Origin: Clostridia bacterium | GTDB taxonomy: Bacteria > Bacillota > Clostridia > Christensenellales > CAG-138 | Assembly: GCA_017428025.1 (NCBI GenBank) | Contig: JAFRRO010000065.1 | Span: 2,621 to 66,620 of the forward strand | DNA length: 64,000 nucleotides | Reading direction: 5' to 3' | Shown: piece after piece, positions 1 through 8,336 of the stretch | Position numbering within the stretch: position 1 is the stretch's first letter | Layout of the letters: the number at the start of each line of letters is the position of its first letter | The notes under the pieces: generated by a model | What the model was told of the DNA's origin: nothing | The model's database searches: none | Seen by the model: the letters and a program-made list of their open reading frames with translations, nothing else | Position numbers and translations under genes: made by a program

Positions 1-1355
1 ACCGGCTCGTTCAGCGGAATGGTGTAGTAGCCGGAATAGGTCAGCGTGCCGGTCTGCGTGGTCATCAGCGTACCGGAGGACGGGTTGCCGGTCGTCGGAT
101 TCTTGTAGATCTCAAGCGTGTAGGTAAGCGCCTCGTCCCAGTTGCAGAGCGCGACCGCCTTGAGAAGCTCGCTGCCCTTTGCGGTAAAGACATTCGCGAC
201 CTTGGTATTGTTGGCAAATCCCACATAATAGTCTTCGGAGGAAGGCCAGCCCTTGCCATAGCAGACGACGTTGCAGGTGCCGTCGTACTGATAGTTGTGA
301 TCGTAGTTGTCGATCGGTTCCGCGTCGTAGAAGTAGATGTATCCTTCGCGAACGGTGGTGTCCTCATAGGAGATGTAGGTGTAGCCCTGGCTGAAATAGC
401 TCGTGCCCCAGCTGTTCTTGCAGATCCACGCGCCGCTGCCGGAGGGCTTGTTCGGAGAGAACCTGCTTGCCGCGATGCTGTCGTCCCACCCGACGATCGT
501 GATCGCGTGGTTCGACCACTTATGGGAGCTGCTGTCCTGAGAAGTGGTGTCGATCGTGCAGGTATAGGTGTAGGCGTTGCCGGTCTCATAATAGCTGATG
601 TTGCCGGCGCCGTATTCCATGATCGCGCGCTTGATGCCCTCGATGTCCGTCGCAGGGATCCAGACGGAGTTCTGGACGTGCGCAACGTTGCTCTGGTAGG
701 CGTATTGGCTGTCGAGGCCTGATTTTGCGACCGTGCTCGCCTTGCTGTACTGCAGTGCAGAGACGGATTCATCCGCCGCACCGACCCAGCTCTGCAGGGT
801 GTATGCGCTCATTTCGCCGTTGCCACCGGCATCCAGACAGCCGTCGGAGCCGAGCAGCGTGGTCTTGTCACCGGTCAGCATGCCCTCGGCGTCGTAGGCG
901 CTCGAGTAGTTGAAGAAGCAGTGCTGCGTCTCGGAAAGGTTGAGGCTCGTCGTGGCGGCGGAGCCGGTGGAACCGACCTCGATGCCGTGCTTGATCATGT
1001 AGCTCTCGACGCTCGCCATCGCCGCGTGCGCCCAGCAGGAGCCGTACGGGTTCTGGTTCTTGACGGAGGTCACGTAGCCAAGCGTGTTGCTGTTGTACGA
1101 TTTCGGCAGCGTATCGCGCGTAGCGGTTATGCCGGAGAGACGGTAATACGTCTCCATGTCGCCGCGGGCATATGCGTCGGAAACGGCGCGGGTGCCGTGC
1201 TCCGGCGAAGCGATATAGCCGTAATTGGTGGTCTCGCCCGGAAGACGATCCGATGCCGAATCGGTCTCCTCCGCAAACGATGCGGCAGGAAGAAGGGCGA
1301 TGAGCATAAACGCCGCCAGCAGGACGGCGAGCAGCTTCTTGGTTAGACGGCTCAT
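1..1355 (-). CDS. secreted papain-like cysteine peptidase (MEROPS C1 family); C-terminal part runs off the left edge
   Basis: Absent from the ORF track because it is open at the window edge. My own minus-strand translation from ATG 1355 gives MSRLTKKLLAVLLAAFMLIALLPAASFAEE (signal peptide). It then shows VKNQNPYGSCWAHAAMASVE (catalytic Cys block), SNHAITIVGWDD (His) and AWICKNSWG (Asn). GGAG lies 7 nt upstream of the ATG. Confidence 0.85.
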   Translation of the reverse strand, partial: MSRLTKKLLAVLLAAFMLIALLPAASFAEETDSASDRLPGETTNYGYIASPEHGTRAVSDAYARGDMETYYRLSGITATRDTLPKSYNSNTLGYVTSVKNQNPYGSCWAHAAMASVESYMIKHGIEVGSTGSAATTSLNLSETQHCFFNYSSAYDAEGMLTGDKTTLLGSDGCLDAGGNGEMSAYTLQSWVGAADESVSALQYSKASTVAKSGLDSQYAYQSNVAHVQNSVWIPATDIEGIKRAIMEYGAGNISYYETGNAYTYTCTIDTTSQDSSSHKWSNHAITIVGWDDSIAASRFSPNKPSGSGAWICKNSWGTSYFSQGYTYISYEDTTVREGYIYFYDAEPIDNYDHNYQYDGTCNVVCYGKGWPSSEDYYVGFANNTKVANVFTAKGSELLKAVALCNWDEALTYTLEIYKNPTTGNPSSGTLMTTQTGTLTYSGYYTIPLNEP

Positions 1356-1513
1356 AAAAGGTCTCCTCATCTGATAGTCTGCGCCAGAATACCGATACTC
1401 TGACTGCATGATTATAACACAGTCTGCACAAAAAAGTCCATACTTTTCCATACAAGCTTTTGTATCAATTTGCGATATTTATACAAAATGTAGCGAGTCG
1501 GCAGCTGTTTATC

Positions 1514-1546
1514 TACAAAGAAAGAACCGCCCCGAAGGACGGTTCC
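1514..1546 (-). terminator. rho-independent terminator after the cystatin-like lipoprotein gene
   Basis: Minus strand reads GAACCGTCC-TTCG-GGGCGGTTC followed by TTTCTTTG. Confidence 0.6.
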
Positions 1547-1558
1547 CGTTACGTTTGC

Positions 1559-3226
1559 TCAGTTTCCGAAGAAGTCGAGAATCTCGGTCACGGATGCGCT
1601 GCCGCTTTCATCCTCATACACATACAGGAACGCGTAATCGGACGACGGATCGGCGCTGACCGCGTTTGCTTCGCAGAAGAAGCAGTAATTGGTTCCGGAC
1701 GCGGACTGCGTGCTCAAAAGCGCGATCGGCGCGAACTTCGCCCCGAGCATCGAGCTGAGCGCTTCCTTCACCATGGAAGCCTGCGCGTTGCTCACCTTCG
1801 GATCGGACGCGTTCGTCCATCCGCCCATCGCCATTGCGGTATTCGTGCGAACGCCCGACATGTTCACGTCGGAGAGCGTCACCTTGCCGTCACGGTTCTC
1901 ATAGAGGATCACGATCGCATACAGATCCTGCGAATCGGGCGCCGCCATCGACGTCTCGCAAAGCACCGCGTAGTTCGTTCCGTTCACCTTCTGGGTTCCG
2001 ATCAGCGCCACGGGCGTATACTTGACGCCGACGGTCTTGTCGGAAAGCTTGTTGAACAGCTTCGTAAGCTTCTTGGTGATCGCGGGCGAAGAAGGTCTCT
2101 CCCATGCGCCGGGGGCTTCCTCGGTCGGGATCGGCGTCGGCTTCTCCGTGGGCTCTGGCGTCGGTTCCTCGGTCGGTTCCGGCGTCGGCTTCTCCGTGGG
2201 CTCGGGCGTCGGTTCCTCGGTCGGCTCCGGCGTCAGCTCCTTTGTCGGTTCGGGCGTCGGCTCCTTTGTCGGCTCCGCGGTCGGCTCTGCGGTCGGCGCT
2301 TCGGTCGGTTTCGGCGTCGCCGTGGGCTTTGCCGTGGGCGTTGCGGTCGGAACCGGCGTTGCGGTCGGGACCGGCGTCGCAGTCGGGACAGGCGTTGCGG
2401 TCGGAACCGGGGTTGCCGTCGGGACCGGCGTTGCGGTCGGAACCGGCGTTGCGGTCGGGACCTCGGTCGGCGCGACGGTCGGTTCCGGGGTCGGATCTTC
2501 CTGCGGCAGGTTCGCTTCGTCTTCGAATTCGACGATATGATCGACCGTATAGCTGCCGTCGTTGCTTCTGTTCAGATAGATAAAGGAATACCCCGTCTCC
2601 GCATTCTGCACGACCGGCGTGGACTCCGCAATCACCACGAACGAAAGACCGGACGCAATGCGCGTTGCGCACAGCGCCACGGGCACATATTCGACGCCGA
2701 GAATCTCTTTGAGCGCCGCTTGGCAGCCGTTCTTGAGCTCGTCGGTCAGGACAGGATCCTCCGCCTGTTCATATTCGTCGCCGTCCATACCGGTCGGGAC
2801 CGCGGAACGGCTGATGTCAATGATGCGCACGCTGCCGTCGCGTTCCTCATAGAGATACACCAGCGCATAGGTTTCACGCGCGCCGGGATACACCACACGC
2901 GCTCTCGTCAGGAACGTGTGAACCGTGCCGGACACGACCTGTTTGCCGAGATAGGCGACCGGAATATAGTTGACGCCCAAAAGCATGCTGAATCCCTTTT
3001 GGAAGACGTCCATCGCAGCGTCCGTCAGCGCGGGCGAATCTGCGGTTTCCCATTCGCTCGGATCGACGTCGATGATGACGATCACATCCTCGTCCGGATT
3101 GACCGTTTCCGCGGCATCCGGCTGTTCGCTCGCATCGGGCGCGGCCGGTGTCGGATCCGGTTCGATGCATGCCGCGAGCGTTGCGATCATGCATACCGCC
3201 AGGAGCAAAGAAAGAATTCTTTTCAT
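1559..3226 (-). CDS. lipoprotein with four cystatin/stefin-like repeats separated by a Pro/Thr-rich linker
   Basis: 555-aa ORF with lipobox LLAVCMIATLAAC. Four ~95-aa repeats end in KQVVSGTVHTF, TRIASGLSFVV, TQKVNGTNYAV and TQSASGTNYCF. Compare the stefin QVVAGTNY hairpin. A central ~130-aa PTATPV/EPTPEPTE linker separates them. Confidence 0.8.
   Translation of the reverse strand: MKRILSLLLAVCMIATLAACIEPDPTPAAPDASEQPDAAETVNPDEDVIVIIDVDPSEWETADSPALTDAAMDVFQKGFSMLLGVNYIPVAYLGKQVVSGTVHTFLTRARVVYPGARETYALVYLYEERDGSVRIIDISRSAVPTGMDGDEYEQAEDPVLTDELKNGCQAALKEILGVEYVPVALCATRIASGLSFVVIAESTPVVQNAETGYSFIYLNRSNDGSYTVDHIVEFEDEANLPQEDPTPEPTVAPTEVPTATPVPTATPVPTATPVPTATPVPTATPVPTATPVPTATPTAKPTATPKPTEAPTAEPTAEPTKEPTPEPTKELTPEPTEEPTPEPTEKPTPEPTEEPTPEPTEKPTPIPTEEAPGAWERPSSPAITKKLTKLFNKLSDKTVGVKYTPVALIGTQKVNGTNYAVLCETSMAAPDSQDLYAIVILYENRDGKVTLSDVNMSGVRTNTAMAMGGWTNASDPKVSNAQASMVKEALSSMLGAKFAPIALLSTQSASGTNYCFFCEANAVSADPSSDYAFLYVYEDESGSASVTEILDFFGN
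2133..2462 (-). repeat. in-frame tandem DNA repeats encoding the Pro/Thr linker
   Basis: A 48-bp unit occurs twice (2133-2180, 2181-2228). An 18-bp unit ggcgttgcggtcggRacc occurs seven times (2337-2462), encoding VPTATP repeats on the minus strand. Confidence 0.9.
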
Positions 3227-3331
3227 ATTCAGACCTCTGTGTTTTTATTTTTCGTATAATAATAGCACAAAATCCGACAGATGCAAGTGTTATTTTGTGA
3301 ACGTTTCGATTCGCGCTTCCGAAAATCATAC

Positions 3332-3360
3332 TTGACAACCTCGCCGCGGTATTGTAGAAT
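3332..3360 (+). promoter_or_regulatory. sigma-70-type promoter for tRNA-Val
   Basis: TTGACA (3332-3337), 17-nt spacer, TAGAAT (3355-3360), about 10 nt before the tRNA 5' end. Confidence 0.6.
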
Positions 3361-3369
3361 AATCGGCAC

Positions 3370-3446
3370 GGGGATGTAGCTCAGCTGGTCAGAGCGCTGT
3401 GTTCACATCGCAGAGGTCTAGGGTTCGAGCCCCTACATCCCCACCA
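3370..3446 (+). tRNA. tRNA-Val (anticodon CAC), CCA encoded
   Basis: Acceptor stem GGGGATG/CATCCCC, D-loop AGCTCAGCTGGTCAGAGC, anticodon stem CTGTG/CGCAG with loop TTCACAT, T-arm GGTTCGAGCCC, 3' ACCA. Confidence 0.95.
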
Positions 3447-3447
3447 C

Positions 3448-3476
3448 AAAAGGACTTGCTTCGGCAGGTCCTTTTT
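3448..3476 (+). terminator. rho-independent terminator after tRNA-Val
   Basis: GGACTTGC-TTCG-GCAGGTCC hairpin followed by TTTTTC. Confidence 0.75.
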
Positions 3477-3576
3477 CATACGGACGCAAAGCGGCCGTAT
3501 CCCATGCCTGCGGCGCAAGTATCATTTCCTCCTGTCGTTTCTTGTTTTTTCGGTCGGTTCATGCTATACTGCATCC

Positions 3577-4074
3577 ATGCAGCGCACGGAAATTATTCAT
3601 CCCATACCGCCGTTTTACCGCACGGATTCGAATATCCTCATTCTGGGCAGCTTTCCCTCGGTCAAGTCCCGGGAACAGCGGTTCTTTTACGGGCATCCGC
3701 AAAACCGGTTCTGGAAGGTGATCGCGCGCGTGTTCAAAGACGATGAACCCGGGAGCATTCCCGAAAAGGAAGCGTTTTTGGCGCGGCATCGCATTGCGCT
3801 GTGGGACAGCATCGGCCGCTGCACGATCGAAGGCAGCGCGGACAGCACGATCCGCGACGTCGTCCCGAATGATCTTTCCGTTATTCTGAACGCTGCGCCG
3901 ATTTGCGCGATCTTCTGCAACGGTAAGACTTCCCTTGCCTGCTATAACCGCTATATCCTCCCCGTCCTGGGACGCGAGGCGATCGTATTGCCCTCCACCA
4001 GTCCCGCCAATGCCGCATGGAACGTTGATCGCCTCGTCGATGCTTGGAACGTCGTTCGTATTCAGGATAAATAA
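3577..4074 (+). CDS. DNA-deoxyinosine (hypoxanthine) glycosylase, uracil-DNA glycosylase superfamily
   Basis: 165 aa. The N-terminal block ILILGSFPSVKSREQRFFYGHPQNRFWKV and the block LPSTSPANA are typical of family-6 UDG/HDG enzymes. Confidence 0.75.
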   Translation: MQRTEIIHPIPPFYRTDSNILILGSFPSVKSREQRFFYGHPQNRFWKVIARVFKDDEPGSIPEKEAFLARHRIALWDSIGRCTIEGSADSTIRDVVPNDLSVILNAAPICAIFCNGKTSLACYNRYILPVLGREAIVLPSTSPANAAWNVDRLVDAWNVVRIQDK

Positions 4075-4145
4075 ATATATTGATTGATTCTTTCCGGATT
4101 CGTGCTATAATGACAGCATTGTTTCTTTACGAAAGGAAAGATTTT

Positions 4146-5294
4146 ATGGTCATTACCGTCGTATGCGACGTACTCGGCGAAGCCAACAACGGCACGACGA
4201 TCGCCGCATTGAATCTGATTCGCTCGATGCGCGAGCGCGGGCACACCGTGCGCGTGGTCTGCTCCGACCAGAACCGCAAGGGCGAAGAAGGCTTCTATAT
4301 TGTGCCGAACCGCAGCTTCGGTCCGCTGATCGACGCGTACTTTCGGAAGAACGGCGTCAAGATGTCCTTTCCCGACAAACGAATCATCGACGAGGCGATC
4401 CGCGGCGCGGACGTCGTGCATTTTATGACGCCTTTTGCTTTGGGACGCCGCGCGGTCAAGCTTGCCAGAACGCACGGCATTCCGCTGACTGCGGGATTCC
4501 ACTGTCAGGCGGAAAATCTGACTTCCCACATGTTTATGAAGGATTTCCCGCTTGCGAACAAGCTCTTTTATCTGACGATCTGGGCGCATTCCTACCGCCA
4601 CTGCGCGCGCATCCACTACCCCTCCGCCTTCATCCGCGACACCTTTGAACGCGCCATCGGCCGCGAAACGCCGTCGTGCGTGATCAGCAACGGCGTCAAC
4701 AAGGCGTTTCATCCGATGGAGGTCGAGCGTCCGGCGCGCTATCGCGACCGGTTTGTGATCCAGTTCACCGGACGGTTCAGCAAGGAGAAAACGCATCGCG
4801 TTCTCATCGACGCGGTCAGACGTTCGAAGTACGGCGACCGGATCCAGCTCGTCTTTGCCGGTATGGGACCGCTGTACGAGAAGCTCAGACGCCGCGGCGC
4901 GAAGCTTCAGAACCCGCCGGAATTCCGCTTCTTTACGCGGGAGGAGCTGGTGAAGCAGCTGAACTGCGCGGACCTCTACGTGCATCCCGCGGAGATCGAG
5001 ATCGAAGCGATCTCGTGTCTTGAAGCGATCGCCTGCGGGCTCGTCCCCGTGATCGCCAATTCGCTGCGCAGCGCGACGCGCTACTTTGCGCTGGACGAAC
5101 GCAACCTGTTCCGCAACAAGGACGCGAATGACCTTGCGGCGCGGATCGACTACTGGATCGAGCATCCGGACGAACGCGCGAAGATGCGGCAGCGCTACGC
5201 GAACTTTGTCAGGGAGCACGAATACGAGCACTGCATGGACCGCATGGAAACGATGCTGCTGGACGCGGCGGAAGGGCGCAGATATGTCTCGTAA
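4146..5294 (+). CDS. GT4-family glycosyltransferase (probable membrane glycolipid synthase)
   Basis: Start moved to ATG 4146 (MVITVVCDVLGEANNGTT) after GAAAGGAAAG. E-x7-E block EIEAISCLEAIACGLVPV near the C-terminus. Confidence 0.8.
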   Translation: MVITVVCDVLGEANNGTTIAALNLIRSMRERGHTVRVVCSDQNRKGEEGFYIVPNRSFGPLIDAYFRKNGVKMSFPDKRIIDEAIRGADVVHFMTPFALGRRAVKLARTHGIPLTAGFHCQAENLTSHMFMKDFPLANKLFYLTIWAHSYRHCARIHYPSAFIRDTFERAIGRETPSCVISNGVNKAFHPMEVERPARYRDRFVIQFTGRFSKEKTHRVLIDAVRRSKYGDRIQLVFAGMGPLYEKLRRRGAKLQNPPEFRFFTREELVKQLNCADLYVHPAEIEIEAISCLEAIACGLVPVIANSLRSATRYFALDERNLFRNKDANDLAARIDYWIEHPDERAKMRQRYANFVREHEYEHCMDRMETMLLDAAEGRRYVS

Positions 5295-6081
5295 ACCGAC
5301 CGCGCCGAAGCGCGTCATCTGCTATCGCGACGCCGCGAACGAGGACTATGCCGGCACGAACATCGACACGCAGACCGTCGACGCGGATTTTCCGTTCGCC
5401 CCGAACGGCGTGTTCTGGCGCATCCTCGCCTTTTTCGCGTATTACGTGATCGCGATTCCGCTCGTCTTCCTGTGCTGCTATGTCTTCTGCGGCTTTCGCG
5501 TCAAGAACCGCAAGGCGGTGAGAAAGATCCGCAAATCGGGCTTCTTCCTCTATGCGAACCACTCGCACTTCACCGACGCGTTCCTTGCGCCGATCGTTGC
5601 GTTTCCGAAGCGCGCGTATGTGATCGTCGGTCCCGACACCGTTTCGATCAGGGGGCTCCGAAGCTTTGTGCAGATGGTCGGCGCGATCCCGATTCCGCAG
5701 GGACTCAAGGCGATGGCGCCGTTCTTTGCGGCTGTAAAGCTGCGCGCGGAGCAGAAATGCTGCATCAGCGTCTTTCCCGAGGCGCACATGTGGAACTACT
5801 GCACGTTCCTGCGTCCGTTGAAGAGCGGCTCGTTCCGCTACCCCGTCGTGCTGCACATGCCGTGCGTCGCCGTCGCGGTGACGTATCAAAAGCGCAAGCT
5901 GCCGTTTCTCAAAAACCCGCGGCGCACCGTGTTCATCTCCGATCCGTTCTATCCGGACGGATCGCTGCCCCAGAAGGAAGCGCAGCGCAAGCTGCAGGAT
6001 GAAGTCGAAGCATTCCTTCGTGAAAAGCTTGACACCTATTCGACCTACAAATACTACGACTACCGCAAGGCGGAAGACTGA
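5284..6081 (+). CDS. lysophospholipid (1-acyl-sn-glycerol-3-phosphate-type) acyltransferase
   Basis: Start at ATG 5284 (MSRKPTAPKR), overlapping the upstream stop. N-terminal TM segment and HX4D motif NHSHFTDAF. Confidence 0.75.
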   Translation: MSRKPTAPKRVICYRDAANEDYAGTNIDTQTVDADFPFAPNGVFWRILAFFAYYVIAIPLVFLCCYVFCGFRVKNRKAVRKIRKSGFFLYANHSHFTDAFLAPIVAFPKRAYVIVGPDTVSIRGLRSFVQMVGAIPIPQGLKAMAPFFAAVKLRAEQKCCISVFPEAHMWNYCTFLRPLKSGSFRYPVVLHMPCVAVAVTYQKRKLPFLKNPRRTVFISDPFYPDGSLPQKEAQRKLQDEVEAFLREKLDTYSTYKYYDYRKAED

Positions 6082-6105
6082 GAACGCTTCACGCGTTCTT
6101 TTTTA
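6081..6105 (+). terminator. rho-independent terminator
   Basis: AGAACGC-ttcac-GCGTTCT followed by TTTTTT. Confidence 0.7.
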
Positions 6106-6134
6106 TTGCACGATGCCGAACAGTTTGGTATAAT
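6106..6134 (+). promoter_or_regulatory. sigma-70-type promoter of the galM-galK-MFS operon
   Basis: TTGCAC, 17-nt spacer, TATAAT (6129-6134), 20 nt before galM. Confidence 0.55.
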
Positions 6135-6153
6135 GATATATTGAGGTAACGAT

Positions 6154-7140
6154 ATGATTACAAAACGCTTTTTCGGAACAACAAAAAACGGCGAGGACGT
6201 CCACGCATATACATTGGAAAACGATCGCGGCATCGCCGTGACCGTCCTCGATTACGGCGCGACGCTGCAGTCGGTCGTGCTGCCGCACAAGGGCGGGCGC
6301 GTCGACGTCGTGCTCGGCTATGACACGATCGAAGAATACGAAGAAAACGACGGATACCTCGGCGCGTCGATCGGACGCTATGCCGGGCGTATTCCGGATG
6401 CAATCCTGAGAATCGGCGAGGACGCCTTCCCCGTCACCGCAAACGAGGGCAGAAACCAGCTGCACGGCGGAAACAAAGGATTTGACAAGAGCGTCTGGCA
6501 GGCCCGGATCAACGACAGGAGAACGGTGCAGTTTGATCTGACGTCTTCGGACGGCGACGAAGGCTTCCCGGGTGATCTGAAGACTACGGTTGTATACCGT
6601 CTGTATTCCGATACGCTTGAAATTCTGACTTGGGCAAGGTCCGATCGCGTGACCGCGTGGAACCCGACGAATCACGCCTACTGGAATCTGAACGGGCACG
6701 ACGCGGGCGATACGCGGAAGCATCTGCTCGAGATCCCGGCGGATCGTTATGTGCCGGTCGGTCCCGATATGATCCCCTCTGACGGCGAAGCGGACGTTGT
6801 GGGAACGCGGTTCGATTTTCGTACGCTTAGGGAGATCGGCGACACATACGACAACAGCTTCGTCCTTTCCGGAAGCCCGATCCGGCTTTGGGGCAATTCC
6901 GGCATCGGCATGGAGATCACAACGAGCTGCAGCGCGGTACAGTTTTACAACGCAAAGTTTTTGGGCGAGCGGAACGGCAAGGACGGCGCACAGTACGGAC
7001 CGTTCGGCGCGGTCTGTCTCGAAACGCAGGGGCGTCAGGCGCTTCGCAACCGGCCGATCGCGCAGGAGAACGTCATCTCGACCGAGTATTTCCTTGATCC
7101 GCGCAGCACAAAATTCACGTTCATCGATAAGGAGATTTGA
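6154..7140 (+). CDS. galM: aldose 1-epimerase (galactose mutarotase)
   Basis: 328 aa. The N-terminus (KNGEDVHAYTLENDRGIAVTVLDYGATLQSV) and the block NQLHGGNKGFDKSVW are mutarotase-like. It sits directly before galK. Confidence 0.85.
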   Translation: MITKRFFGTTKNGEDVHAYTLENDRGIAVTVLDYGATLQSVVLPHKGGRVDVVLGYDTIEEYEENDGYLGASIGRYAGRIPDAILRIGEDAFPVTANEGRNQLHGGNKGFDKSVWQARINDRRTVQFDLTSSDGDEGFPGDLKTTVVYRLYSDTLEILTWARSDRVTAWNPTNHAYWNLNGHDAGDTRKHLLEIPADRYVPVGPDMIPSDGEADVVGTRFDFRTLREIGDTYDNSFVLSGSPIRLWGNSGIGMEITTSCSAVQFYNAKFLGERNGKDGAQYGPFGAVCLETQGRQALRNRPIAQENVISTEYFLDPRSTKFTFIDKEI

Positions 7141-7142
7141 GT

Positions 7143-8333
7143 ATGGAATCCATCGAAAACATGCGAAACGAATTTGAAAAGACGTTCGGGCGTCCCGCAA
7201 AGCGCGCGTTCACTTCCTGCGGACGCGCGGAGCTGATCGGCAACCACACCGACCATCAGCGCGGTCTGGTGCTTGCCTGCGGCGTGAATCTGTCCGCCGT
7301 GGCGCTTGCCGCGCCGAACGACCGCAACGAGGTCCGGCTTGTTTCGAAGGGCTTCCCCGCCTGTTCCGTCGCGCTCGACGCGCTGGAGCCCGATCCGAAG
7401 GAATACGGCACGACGGCGGCGCTTCTGCGCGGGGTGCTGAACGGAATCGTGCAGCGGGGCGCGGCGCCGTTCGGGCTCGATATCTACGTCGTGTCCAACG
7501 TGCTTTCCGGCAGCGGTCTGAGCTCGTCTGCGGCGATCGAGGTCCTGCTCGCGGGCGTGGCGGAAGGGTTCTATCTCGACGGCGACCTCGACGAGATCGC
7601 GCTTGCCGTGATCGGTCAGCGCGCCGAAAACGTGTATTTCGGAAAGCCGTCCGGTCTGCTCGACCAGATGGCATGCGCGCTCGGCGGCATCCAGTTCTTC
7701 GACTTCTCCGATCCCGCCGTGCCGTACGCGGAACGCATCGATTTCGATTTTCAGAAGTGCGGGCACACGCTCGTCGTCATCGACACCGGCGCCGATCATG
7801 CCGATCTGACCGATTGCTACGCCGCAATCACGCGCGAGCTTGCCTCGGTCGACGCGTTCTTCGGCGCGACCGCGCTGCGGGATGTGAACGAAAGCGATTT
7901 CTTCGCCTCTCTGCCGGTGCTGCGGCGGTTGTTCGGCGATCGCGCGATGCTGCGCGCCATGCATGTGTTCGACGAGAACCGCCGCGTGCTCAGAGCGCGC
8001 GAGGCGCTTTTGAACGACGATTTTCAGACCTTCCTCGATCAGCTCAACGCGTCGGGCGAATCGTCCTACACGATGCTGCAGAACGTGATCGCGGAGGGAC
8101 ACACGAACGCACAGGCGGTCGCGTTTACGATCTGCTACGCAAAGAAGCTCCTGAAAGGCCGCGGCGCGGTGCGCGTGCACGGCGGCGGCTTTGCGGGAAC
8201 GGTGCTCGCCGTGGTGCCGGACGATATGCTGAACGACTTCATCGCCGAAACGGACCGCGTGCTTGCGCCCGGCGCGTGCATGCCGCTCAAGGTGCGCAGA
8301 CGCGGCGTCTATGAACTTCCGCAGGAGGACTGA
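7143..8333 (+). CDS. galK: galactokinase
   Basis: GRAELIGNHTDHQRG signature and GHMP kinase motif SGSGLSSSAAIE. ATG 7143 is preferred over TTG 7137 because AAGGAG lies 8 nt upstream. Confidence 0.9.
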   Translation: MESIENMRNEFEKTFGRPAKRAFTSCGRAELIGNHTDHQRGLVLACGVNLSAVALAAPNDRNEVRLVSKGFPACSVALDALEPDPKEYGTTAALLRGVLNGIVQRGAAPFGLDIYVVSNVLSGSGLSSSAAIEVLLAGVAEGFYLDGDLDEIALAVIGQRAENVYFGKPSGLLDQMACALGGIQFFDFSDPAVPYAERIDFDFQKCGHTLVVIDTGADHADLTDCYAAITRELASVDAFFGATALRDVNESDFFASLPVLRRLFGDRAMLRAMHVFDENRRVLRAREALLNDDFQTFLDQLNASGESSYTMLQNVIAEGHTNAQAVAFTICYAKKLLKGRGAVRVHGGGFAGTVLAVVPDDMLNDFIAETDRVLAPGACMPLKVRRRGVYELPQED

Positions 8334-8336
8334 GCC

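Noticed and set aside
65-1455. Track ORFs 65-781 (-), 297-722 (+), 868-1455 (-), 921-1346 (+)
   Set aside because: All overlap the open-ended minus-strand frame that encodes a complete C1 peptidase motif set. Their translations are Arg/Ser/Thr-rich nonsense typical of off-frame high-GC DNA.
2133-2462. Possible CRISPR-like short direct repeats
   Set aside because: The repeats are contiguous with no unique spacers, are 18 and 48 bp long and in frame, and lie inside a coding region. They are a protein linker repeat.
1460-3259. 599-aa plus-strand ORF rich in Arg/Leu/Gly (RRLLRGLGRRFLGRL...), together with ORFs 2022-2540 and 2104-2583
   Set aside because: They are antisense or off-frame readings of the Pro/Thr repeat and the cystatin-like lipoprotein gene. 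Composition is low-complexity, there is no RBS, and the minus-strand frame has a lipobox and coherent domains.
3399-3746. 115-aa ORF starting inside tRNA-Val
   Set aside because: It overlaps the tRNA and its terminator and runs into the UDG gene in another frame. It has no RBS and no recognisable fold.
4062-5318. 418-aa minus-strand ORF
   Set aside because: It is antisense to the GT4 glycosyltransferase, which has clear family motifs. The translation is Arg/Val/Asp-rich antisense-type composition.
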